NCBI GenBank assembly: GCA_045803545.1
Contig: JBJMOW010000002.1
Span: 224,001 to 288,000, forward strand
Direction: 5' to 3'
Length of the DNA stretch: 64,000 nucleotides
Source: Gemmatimonadaceae bacterium
GTDB lineage: Bacteria > Gemmatimonadota > Gemmatimonadetes > Gemmatimonadales > Gemmatimonadaceae
In this document: in pieces, positions 18,864-27,283 of the stretch
Layout: every line of letters begins with the position of its first letter
Position numbering within the stretch: position 1 is the stretch's first letter
Position numbers and translations under genes: made by a program
Notes under the pieces: generated by a model
The model's input: the letters and a program-made list of their open reading frames with translations, nothing else
Databases searched by the model: none
What the model was told of the DNA's origin: nothing

Positions 18864-20215
18864 AAGAGCGCCTTTATCAATGCGGCTGCGAGATCGCCGT
18901 CCTCGCCTGGCAACACACTGCGCAAATCGAGCAGAAGTCGATTGTCTTCGATGCGGCCGATTACCGGAGGATCGCCGCATCGTAGCTTAGACTCGAGTCG
19001 TTCGGCGTTTGCCACCGGCGCCACTGCGCGCGATTCAATCCCTGCTGTCGGGAACGCCCCACCGCCGACGCTCGATTCGCTGGCGACGACATCGGCTGAG
19101 TGGCCCTGGTTGCGCAGCGCCGCGACGAGATTGATTGCGCGCGCGTTCAGGTCGTCGACGCGCGCGGTCAGCATCTGGAGGACCGGGATCTCGCTCAGAG
19201 CGACCTCTCGATCGAGATATAATCGCAGGGTTGCTTCGAGCGCGGCCAGAGTCAGCTTGTCCACCCGCATCGCGCGCGTGAATGGATTCTTGCGCAGCTT
19301 CGCGATTGCGTCGGCGTTGCCGAGCACGATGCCCGCCTGCGGGCCTCCGAGCAGCTTGTCGCCGCTCATCAATACGAGCGTTGCGCCTGATCTCACCGCC
19401 GTCTCCGCCGTCGGCTCGCCAGCCAAACCGAAATCATCGAGCGAGACCATCAACCCACTGCCAAGATCGTGGATCACAGGCAGGCCATGCTCCGCGGCGA
19501 TAAACACGAGCTTCTCGACATTGACATCCGACGTGAAGCCTTCGATCGCAAAATTGCTGCGATGGACTTTGACAATCGCGCCCGTCTTTGGAGTAATGGC
19601 GCGTCGATAGTCATCGTCGTGCGTGCGATTGGTGGTTCCTACTTCCACGAGTCGAGCACCACTCCGCGCCATAATGTCAGGAATGCGGAAGCTGCCGCCA
19701 ATCTCGACCAGCTCACCGCGCGAGACCAGCGCCTCTTTCTTTTGCGCGAGAGCATTCAGGGCCAGCACCATTGCAGCTGCGCAGTTGTTGACTACGAGTG
19801 CGTCTTCGGCTCCGGTGAGCTGTCGCAGCAGGTCGACGCAATGCGTGTAGCGAGATCCGCGTTTCCCGGAGTCGAGATCATACTCCAGATTGCTGAAGCC
19901 ACGTGCGACTGCAGCGATCGCGCGAATGGCCGCTTCCGCGAGCGGGGCGCGACCGAGATTTGTGTGTAGCACAACGCCGGTGCCGTTGATCACACGGCGA
20001 AGCGATGGCCGACTTGCATCTGAAACCGCGGCGGCGATTGACTCACCCCATTGTTGTTCACTGCGTTGTGCCCCGCCGGTGGCTCGAGCGGCGTCGAGCG
20101 TACGGCGCACAGCTTCGAGTACCACTCGTCGCGGATGCTCCCCCAACAGCTCCCTCACGACGGGGGTCAGCAGCAGTGCGCTCACGCTCGGCAGCTCACG
20201 GCGGGTGTCCGTCAT
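18860..20215 (-). CDS. selA: L-seryl-tRNA(Sec) selenium transferase
   Basis: VINGTGVVLHTNLGRAPL, SNLEYDL, VEIGGSFRIPD, SGDKLLGGPQAGI. Confidence 0.95.
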   Translation of the reverse strand: MTDTRRELPSVSALLLTPVVRELLGEHPRRVVLEAVRRTLDAARATGGAQRSEQQWGESIAAAVSDASRPSLRRVINGTGVVLHTNLGRAPLAEAAIRAIAAVARGFSNLEYDLDSGKRGSRYTHCVDLLRQLTGAEDALVVNNCAAAMVLALNALAQKKEALVSRGELVEIGGSFRIPDIMARSGARLVEVGTTNRTHDDDYRRAITPKTGAIVKVHRSNFAIEGFTSDVNVEKLVFIAAEHGLPVIHDLGSGLMVSLDDFGLAGEPTAETAVRSGATLVLMSGDKLLGGPQAGIVLGNADAIAKLRKNPFTRAMRVDKLTLAALEATLRLYLDREVALSEIPVLQMLTARVDDLNARAINLVAALRNQGHSADVVASESSVGGGAFPTAGIESRAVAPVANAERLESKLRCGDPPVIGRIEDNRLLLDLRSVLPGEDGDLAAALIKALL

Positions 20216-21372
20216 TTCTTGGGAGGCGGCGTGGCGGGTGCCTTCACCGGGGCGGGCGCAATGGGAGCCGGCACGGTATACGTACGCTCACTGTCGCCGC
20301 TTCGTCCCAGCAGTCCGCGAATTCCGATGGCGCGGACGCGATAGACTGCCTTCGGCACTAACGGTCCCTGCAGCTTGAGCTCGACTTCACTGATCGGCGA
20401 GGGCTTCGGCATTGTCGGCGGCGGCGTCGTGTCCGGTGGTTGTATCGGTGCGTTACCGCGCGGAGGCAACGGTTGGTTTCGAACCGGAGCGGGGGCGCGG
20501 ACCGGCGCGGTCGTATCCGGTGCGGGAGGGCCAGCTCGCGAAATCGGTATTGGAGCCGAGTCGGGGCCAGTCACCGCAAAGTTCGTGACCGTCAGCGTCT
20601 GAGCCGGATCGATCGGGCGGTCAAAAGCGACGCGCAACGTAGTCGAGTCGATTTGCCGCACCTCGCGAATCCGCGGCGGCATCGTGTCGTGGACGAATAT
20701 CAGCAGACTGACTTTCGCGCTATCCGCCAGCGTGACGATGGTGCTATCCCAGGGTTCGCTGGGATCGATGCTGAGATTGCGGTTTCGATCGAGATAGGCG
20801 CGCACCGTGTAGCGCGTAACCGGCAGGTGATCGATTGCGAATCTTCCGGCGGAATCGACGACTCCGACGTACGGATGAATCGTGTCGGGCGGTACCAGGG
20901 CCTCGACGAGGGCGCCATTTGCCGGCGTGCCGGCAACCCAATCGAACACCGCGCCTGTGATGCGCGTGTGAGGAACGCTGCCGCCGGTCGAAAAGAATGT
21001 TGTCGCGCCGGTATTGCGAACGTTGCCACGGATGTCGGCGAGGCCACGCAGCAGGATCACAGTGTATGAAGTGTTCGCGCGCCAGCCATGCGTAGGTCGG
21101 ACTCCGACTGCGTCGCGATGCCACGATGCATCCGGAACCCCATCACGCGGCGAGATCACGAACAAATCGGAGAGCGAAGTAATCGAAGGCGGGCGCTCGG
21201 CGACGACCTCATCAAACTGAAACAGCACTTCCTTCGGTTTCACTGAAACCGCGCCCGAATCGGGCGTGATGCGTACAATTTGCGGTGCAGCAATGTCCGG
21301 CGGTCCGCCGGGCGGCATGCCGGGCTGGGCGCAAGCAAGTCCCGCCACGGCGACGGCGACTAGCCGTCGCAA
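20212..21372 (-). CDS. Ig-like (Big_5) domain lipoprotein
   Basis: GLACAQPGMPPGGPPD lipobox and PxGGPxD motif; TTG start at 21372 overlapping valS end. Confidence 0.75.
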   Translation of the reverse strand: MRRLVAVAVAGLACAQPGMPPGGPPDIAAPQIVRITPDSGAVSVKPKEVLFQFDEVVAERPPSITSLSDLFVISPRDGVPDASWHRDAVGVRPTHGWRANTSYTVILLRGLADIRGNVRNTGATTFFSTGGSVPHTRITGAVFDWVAGTPANGALVEALVPPDTIHPYVGVVDSAGRFAIDHLPVTRYTVRAYLDRNRNLSIDPSEPWDSTIVTLADSAKVSLLIFVHDTMPPRIREVRQIDSTTLRVAFDRPIDPAQTLTVTNFAVTGPDSAPIPISRAGPPAPDTTAPVRAPAPVRNQPLPPRGNAPIQPPDTTPPPTMPKPSPISEVELKLQGPLVPKAVYRVRAIGIRGLLGRSGDSERTYTVPAPIAPAPVKAPATPPPKK

Positions 21373-24134
21373 ACCGCTTTCACCTTTTCTGCGAGTTGGT
21401 CGCGGCGTTTCAGCCACTCGTCTTTTTTCTTGCGCTCGGAATCAACAACGTGCGCTGGGGCGCGACTCGTGAAGCCCTCGTTCTCGAGTCGCTGCGAGAG
21501 GCTATCGAGCTGTTTGTTCAGCTGATCGAGCTCGCTCCGCAGTTTGCCGCACTCCTTCTTCAAGTCGACGATTCCACCGAGCGGAACGATCAGCTCGGTT
21601 CCGTCGGTAAGCACTGCGTGTGCGGCGCCACTGGTGGGAGACTGACTGTCGATGCTCACGTTCGATCGGGACAGTCTGGCGATCAGCGACGAGCTGTCGT
21701 TGAACACTCCGCTATGTCGGCTCGAGCGAATGTTGACGTCGATCGATGTCCCCGGCGGGATGGAATAGTCTGAGCGGATTTGTCTGACCGCGCCAACTGC
21801 TTCGCGGACGAGATCAAACTCGCCGACTGCGGTCTTGTCCTCACGCGAGAGCGGAATCGGAATCGGCCATGGCGCAATCGCCAGAAACTCGCACCGCTCG
21901 GAGACAACTGGCAGCGGCAGTCGCTGCCACAGTGTCTCGGTGATGAATGGCATGATCGGGTGCAACAGGCGCAGTGCGTAGTCGAAGGCGTGAGTGAGTA
22001 CTGCCCGCGCAGCTTCGGCATCCTCCCCGCCGCCAGCAATGCGCGTTTTGCTCGTCTCCAAATACCAATCGGCCAGCTCATTCCACACGAAGCGTCGGGC
22101 GGCTTCCGCGTATTCGCTGAGGCGCAGCCCAATGAATCGCTCGTTCGGCCGCCACTTTCCTTGTTCGGGTCGCGCCGGACCGAGTGCCGCGTCGCATTCG
22201 AGAATGGTTGCGTTGAGTTTGGCGAGGATCCAGCGATCCGGTAGAGTGAGCTCTTTGTCACTCAGCTCGTCTACGCTCCGAACTGCCTTCGACCCAACGT
22301 TGGAAAGGAGAAATCTCCCGATGTTCCAAAGTTTCGTCGCGAAGTTTCTGCCGGGCGCAAACGAGCGCTCGAGATCCTTCGGGTCGAGCATAAGATCGGC
22401 GCCCATGCCCATTCCCGCCACGACCGTGTAGCGAAGCGCGTCCGCACCGTAGGCGGCCACGACGTCGAGTGGATCGATTCCATTGCCGAGCGACTTCGAC
22501 ATCTTGACGTGATTCATGTCGCGCACGGTTCCGGTGAGGTAGACCGTGTGAAACGGAGGCGCGCCCATGAACGCGTAGCCTGCCATGATCATGCGCGCGA
22601 CCCAGAAAAACAAAATCTCCGGTGCCGTGACGAGATCGTCGGTTGGGTAAAACGCCGCGAGCGCGGCCGAGCTCTTGTCCGGCCAGCCGAGAGTAGAGAT
22701 CGGAAACAGCCAAGACGAGAACCAGGTGTCCAGAACATCTTCGTCCTGGCGCACCGGACCCCCGCACTTCTCGCATGCGGTGACATCGGTGCGGCTGACC
22801 GATTCGCATTTGCACTTGTCGCAATACCAGACCGGAATGCGGTGTCCCCACCACAGCTGTCGCGAGATGTTCCAGTCCCGAATGTTCTCCAGCCAGTTGA
22901 TGTAGACCGCTTCCCAGCGCTCGGGCAGAATGCGAATCGTTCCGTCGCGAACAGCCTGCAACGCCGGCTTAGCCAGCGGCTCCATTTTGACGAACCACTG
23001 ATCCGAAAGGCGCGGTTCGACGACAGTGTCGCACCGGTAGCAGTGACGCACCGCATGCTGGTGCGACTCGACTTTCACGAGCTGTCTCGACTTCTCGAGC
23101 GCGCGAACGATCCGTTCACGCGCCTCGAACCGATCGACGCCGAGGAGATCGCCTGGAACACGTGAAGCCGCGTCACTGGCGTTCGCCATGGTGCCGTCGG
23201 GCGCCATTATCACCGGCATCGGCAGCTTGTGGCGCTTGCCGACCTCGAAGTCGTTAGGATCGTGCGCTGGTGTGATCTTTACGACACCAGTGCCAAAAGC
23301 GGGATCGACGTACTCGTCAGCGATGATTGGAATCTCGACGTTGGCGATCGGCAGCAACACGGATTTGCCAACGAGCTTCTTGTAGCGTTCGTCGTCAGGA
23401 TGAACGGCGACGGCCACGTCGCCCAACATTGTTTCCGGTCTGGTCGTGGCGACGGTTAGGCTTTGATTTTTCTGGCCACCGACAATCGGATACGCGATGT
23501 GGTAAAGCGAGCCAGTCTCCTCGCTGTGTTCCGCCTCTTCGTCACTCAACGACGTAAGACACCGTGGGCACCAGTGAATGACGCGATGACCGCGGTAGAT
23601 GAGTCCGCGCTCGTAGAGCTGGACGAACGCCTCACGCACGCCAACCGATAGCTCGGGCGAGAACGTGTACGCTGTGCGATTCCAGTCGGCAGAGGCTCCA
23701 ATCGCGCGCAGCTGGCGCAGGATCTCGCCACCAGTCTCTTCGACAAACGCGACGGTGCGCTCAATGAACTTTTCGCGGCCGAGGTCTGCTTTGGTTTTTC
23801 CTTCCGTGGCGAGCTGCTTCTCGATGATGTTCTGAGTGGCAATGCCGGCGTGATCGGTTCCAGGCACCCACAGCGCTTCGTCGCCGACCATCCGACGCCA
23901 ACGAACGATCACGTCCTGCACAGTGTTATTGAGGCCGTGACCCATGTGCAGAACCGCGGTGACGTTCGGCGGGGGCATCACGATCACGAACGGATCGCGG
24001 TCACCTCCATTGCGATTGCTGCGATTTTCGTCAGCGGAGAAAACGCCGGCATCGATCCAGCGTTGATAGATGGCGCTCTCAGTCTGCCCGGGGTCGTACT
24101 GACTCGGCAGATCGCGCATTTCCAGAGTAGACAT
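21360..24134 (-). CDS. valS: valine--tRNA ligase
   Basis: PPPNVTAVLHMGH (HIGH), KMSKS, DWNISRQLWWGH, C-terminal coiled coil. Confidence 0.97.
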   Translation of the reverse strand: MSTLEMRDLPSQYDPGQTESAIYQRWIDAGVFSADENRSNRNGGDRDPFVIVMPPPNVTAVLHMGHGLNNTVQDVIVRWRRMVGDEALWVPGTDHAGIATQNIIEKQLATEGKTKADLGREKFIERTVAFVEETGGEILRQLRAIGASADWNRTAYTFSPELSVGVREAFVQLYERGLIYRGHRVIHWCPRCLTSLSDEEAEHSEETGSLYHIAYPIVGGQKNQSLTVATTRPETMLGDVAVAVHPDDERYKKLVGKSVLLPIANVEIPIIADEYVDPAFGTGVVKITPAHDPNDFEVGKRHKLPMPVIMAPDGTMANASDAASRVPGDLLGVDRFEARERIVRALEKSRQLVKVESHQHAVRHCYRCDTVVEPRLSDQWFVKMEPLAKPALQAVRDGTIRILPERWEAVYINWLENIRDWNISRQLWWGHRIPVWYCDKCKCESVSRTDVTACEKCGGPVRQDEDVLDTWFSSWLFPISTLGWPDKSSAALAAFYPTDDLVTAPEILFFWVARMIMAGYAFMGAPPFHTVYLTGTVRDMNHVKMSKSLGNGIDPLDVVAAYGADALRYTVVAGMGMGADLMLDPKDLERSFAPGRNFATKLWNIGRFLLSNVGSKAVRSVDELSDKELTLPDRWILAKLNATILECDAALGPARPEQGKWRPNERFIGLRLSEYAEAARRFVWNELADWYLETSKTRIAGGGEDAEAARAVLTHAFDYALRLLHPIMPFITETLWQRLPLPVVSERCEFLAIAPWPIPIPLSREDKTAVGEFDLVREAVGAVRQIRSDYSIPPGTSIDVNIRSSRHSGVFNDSSSLIARLSRSNVSIDSQSPTSGAAHAVLTDGTELIVPLGGIVDLKKECGKLRSELDQLNKQLDSLSQRLENEGFTSRAPAHVVDSERKKKDEWLKRRDQLAEKVKAVCDG

Positions 24135-24142
24135 CTCGGCGC

Positions 24143-24171
24143 AAGATAGTTCTCTGCCATCTCGGCGTGAA
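24143..24171 (-). promoter_or_regulatory. sigma70-like promoter of valS
   Basis: Minus strand TTCACG-N17-TATCTT ending 8 nt before ATG. Confidence 0.45.
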
Positions 24172-24201
24172 GACTCGCGCGCCTGCGGCAGCGTCCACAG
24201 T

Positions 24202-24347
24202 ACCAAAGCCGGGAGCTACCACCTTAGGGAGCTTGGCAGCGCCGAGCACGGTTTGAAGTTGCGCGCAAGTCCGGCGTCCGCGCGTCCAAACATCAAAAAA
24301 TGGCTCGGCGCTAAGCTGCTCCCAAGCTGGGGGCTCCTGGCTTTAGT
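24202..24347. repeat. long imperfect inverted repeat
   Basis: accaaagccgggagc...agcgccgagc pairs with gctcggcgct...gctcctggctttagt. Confidence 0.7.
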
Positions 24348-24399
24348 GTTGTAGGTGCTAGCTACTCGCTGCGATGTCTACGCCGCGACTACGCCGAGA

Positions 24400-25275
24400 C
24401 TACTCCGAGCTCGGCCGGCGGGTGCCGTTAGTCGCTGGCGCGCTCTCCGGATCCGCGACATGATCGGCCTTCGGTACGCCGGTTGGCGCTACCGGTGAGC
24501 CATCGGTTCTGCCGCCGCGGGCACCTTTCTTCGTTGTCTTGCGACGCTCGGCGGTCTCCGGAATCTCGTCTGCTGCTGCCATGAAAGCCTTGTCCTCTTT
24601 GAGCGAGCGGTCTTCCAACACATTGCGTGGGTCCGCGTGACGGTCGATTTCAGCAGATGTGCCCTGGCGTCGACGTCCGGTGCCGACCTGCTGTCCTTCC
24701 CAGTGGGGCTCGGCGAAGGTTGGATCGCCCTCTTCGTATCGGCGTGTCCCTTCGTCAAACAACTCTTCGTCGCGGCGAATAGACAGTCGATTGACGACTG
24801 TCTCCACACCGGGCGTTCCTGTCGCGACGGCCACGGCCTGCCGCGACTCTTCGTCGGAATTCACCCAACCCGTAAGTTCGATGATGCCGTCCTCGAGCGC
24901 ACCGATGTCGATTGCGCGCTCGCTGAGGGTCGGATCGTTGCGGAACGCCTCGAGAACTCGCTCTTCGAGCTCCTCAGCACCGTCGAGTGAGGTTGCGCCG
25001 TCGACTTCATCCTCGAAATCGGGATCGAACTCGTCCTCGTCCAATCCTTCGTAATCGAAGTCTTCTTCCTCGTCTCCTTCAGTGCCGCCGCCGCCGAATG
25101 AGTCCTTCAACCTGTCGGTCAGGCCCTTGAATCCTCCGAATCGTTCCGCCATCAGCACGCCTGCTGCGAAGCCTGCTGCGGCTCCGATTGCGATCAATAC
25201 CGCGTTGCGTGCGGAAGAATCTTCTTCTTCCTCGTAGTAAAACGGCGGGTCTTTCTGGAAACGATAGGACGACAT
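24400..25275 (-). CDS. BON domain-containing protein
   Basis: TM helix, acidic linker, LEERVLEAF...IELTGWV...PGVETVVNRL BON pattern. Confidence 0.8.
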   Translation of the reverse strand: MSSYRFQKDPPFYYEEEEDSSARNAVLIAIGAAAGFAAGVLMAERFGGFKGLTDRLKDSFGGGGTEGDEEEDFDYEGLDEDEFDPDFEDEVDGATSLDGAEELEERVLEAFRNDPTLSERAIDIGALEDGIIELTGWVNSDEESRQAVAVATGTPGVETVVNRLSIRRDEELFDEGTRRYEEGDPTFAEPHWEGQQVGTGRRRQGTSAEIDRHADPRNVLEDRSLKEDKAFMAAADEIPETAERRKTTKKGARGGRTDGSPVAPTGVPKADHVADPESAPATNGTRRPSSE

Positions 25276-25323
25276 GCGTATGGCCTGTGGCGAAGGATAT
25301 ATGCGAACGATACCTTAACGGGG

Positions 25324-25340
25324 AGCAAAAGAAAGGCCAC
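25324..25340 (-). promoter_or_regulatory. sigma54-like promoter
   Basis: Minus strand GTGGCCTTTCTTTTGCT about 50 nt upstream of ATG 25275. Confidence 0.55.
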
Positions 25341-25366
25341 CCGCCGCACTCGAAATCATAGATAAA

Positions 25367-27283
25367 ATGTTGACGCTGAGGCTACCCGACGGCGCCACCC
25401 GCGAAGTCCCCGAAGGCGCGCTGCCGCGTGACATCGTCGCATCGATCGGGCCCCGGCTGTTGCGCGACGCGGTTGCAGTAAAAGTTGACGGTGAAGTTCA
25501 GGATCTGATGACTCCGCTTCGAAAAGGCGGAGAATTCCACGTGCTCACCGAGAAAGATCCGGAGTCGCTGCCGGTCCTCCGCCATTCGGGCGCGCACATC
25601 CTGGCGACTGCGGTACGCCGGCTCAGGCCCGATGCGAAGATCGGATTCGGCCCGGCGATCGAAGACGGCTTCTACTACGACTTCGAGGTCGAGCAGCCAT
25701 TCACCCCGGATGATCTCGAGAAGTTCGAGGCGGAGATGAAGAAAGTCGCCGCAGAGAAGTTTCCATTCATGCGCGAAGAAGTGTCGCAGGCCGAGGCACG
25801 GACCCGTTTCTCGGATGATCCGCTAAAGCTCGAGCGACTCGGCGAGTTCTCCGCGGACGAAATCATCTCGACCTACACGGACGGTCCATTCATCGACCTG
25901 TGTCGCGGGCCGCATGTTCCGGACACATCATATCTCAAGAACTTCAAGTTGCTGCACACCGCCGGGGCCTACTGGCGCGGCGATGAGCGGCGCCAGATGC
26001 TGCAGCGCATCTACGCGACGGCGTTCTGGAAGAAGGAAGATCTCGAGCAGCACCTCCACCGCCTCGAGGAAGCGAAGCGGCGCGATCATCGCACGCTGGC
26101 GCACCAGCTCGATCTCTATTCAACTGATCCTCGCGTTGGGCCTGGCTTGATCCTCTGGCATCCGAAGGGATCGATCATCCGCAACGAGATCGAGGACTAC
26201 GAGCGTGGGCTGATTCTTCGCCACGGTTATGAGCTCGTCTACACACCCCACATCGTCAGCGAAAAGCTGTTTCAGATCTCCGGGCACCTCGAAAACTTCA
26301 AGGAAAACATGTTCGGGGCGATGGACGTGGAAGGCGGAGCGTATCGGCCGAAGCCGATGAATTGTCCCGGCCACATCTGCATCTATCAGTCGCACCAGCG
26401 GTCATATCGCGACCTGCCGATCCGGTACGCCGAGTTTGGCACTGTCTATCGTTACGAGCGAAGTGGGGTGCTGCATGGGATGATGCGAGTTCGCGGTTTT
26501 ACACAGGACGACGCACACATCTTCTGCACTCACGAACAGGTTCCATCGGAGATCGAGCGACTGCTCGATCTGTGCGACGAGATGCTCAAGACCTTCGGCT
26601 ATCCCTACACCATCGAGCTGTCGACGATGCCGGACAAGGCGCTCGGCAGTCCTGAGCGCTGGAAGGAGGCGGAAGAAACGCTGGCGCAAGTTCTCAAACG
26701 TCGTGGTCAGGAATTCACCTACGACATTGGCGGCGGTGCGTTCTACGGCCCGAAACTCGACTTCAAGTTGATCGACGCAATTGGTCGCAAGTGGCAAGGT
26801 CCGACCGTTCAGCTCGACTTCAATCTCCCGGAGCGGTTCGGGTTGGAATACACGGGCGCCGACAATGCGCCGCATCGGCCGACGATGCTACATCGAGTAC
26901 TGGTCGGATCGATGGAGCGGTTCGTTGGCGGATTGATCGAGCACTATGCCGGCGCGTTCCCACTGTGGCTGGCCCCGGAGCAGGTCCGGGTCATTCCGAT
27001 CGCCGACGAAGTCAAAGATTTCGCGCAGTCAGTCGTGGACCGGCTGAAGGCGCGAGGTGTGCGCGTGCACCTCGACAATCGATCGGAAACGCTCAACTAT
27101 CGCGTCCGCGATGGCGAGATGCAGAAGATTCCGTACATGGCGGTGGTCGGCAGACGCGAGGCTGACGCAGACTCCGTCGCAGTGCGTGTGCGGGGAGCGG
27201 GGAAGAAGCAGGAGATCGTGACTGTAGCCGATTTCGCGGCGCGCCTCGAGGATGAGCTCGCTGCGCGCGCGCTCAAGCCGTAG
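25367..27283 (+). CDS. thrS: threonine--tRNA ligase
   Basis: TGS domain, RHSGAH, DLCRGPHV, KPMNCPGH, RVRGFTQDDAH, GSMERF. Confidence 0.97.
   Translation: MLTLRLPDGATREVPEGALPRDIVASIGPRLLRDAVAVKVDGEVQDLMTPLRKGGEFHVLTEKDPESLPVLRHSGAHILATAVRRLRPDAKIGFGPAIEDGFYYDFEVEQPFTPDDLEKFEAEMKKVAAEKFPFMREEVSQAEARTRFSDDPLKLERLGEFSADEIISTYTDGPFIDLCRGPHVPDTSYLKNFKLLHTAGAYWRGDERRQMLQRIYATAFWKKEDLEQHLHRLEEAKRRDHRTLAHQLDLYSTDPRVGPGLILWHPKGSIIRNEIEDYERGLILRHGYELVYTPHIVSEKLFQISGHLENFKENMFGAMDVEGGAYRPKPMNCPGHICIYQSHQRSYRDLPIRYAEFGTVYRYERSGVLHGMMRVRGFTQDDAHIFCTHEQVPSEIERLLDLCDEMLKTFGYPYTIELSTMPDKALGSPERWKEAEETLAQVLKRRGQEFTYDIGGGAFYGPKLDFKLIDAIGRKWQGPTVQLDFNLPERFGLEYTGADNAPHRPTMLHRVLVGSMERFVGGLIEHYAGAFPLWLAPEQVRVIPIADEVKDFAQSVVDRLKARGVRVHLDNRSETLNYRVRDGEMQKIPYMAVVGRREADADSVAVRVRGAGKKQEIVTVADFAARLEDELAARALKP

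Noticed and set aside
24181..24230. T-box-like UGGUAC/UGGUAG words upstream of valS
   Set aside because: No stem I with AG/GNUG boxes or specifier loop and no terminator; the words lie inside the long inverted repeat, and a promoter-like site sits between them and the ATG
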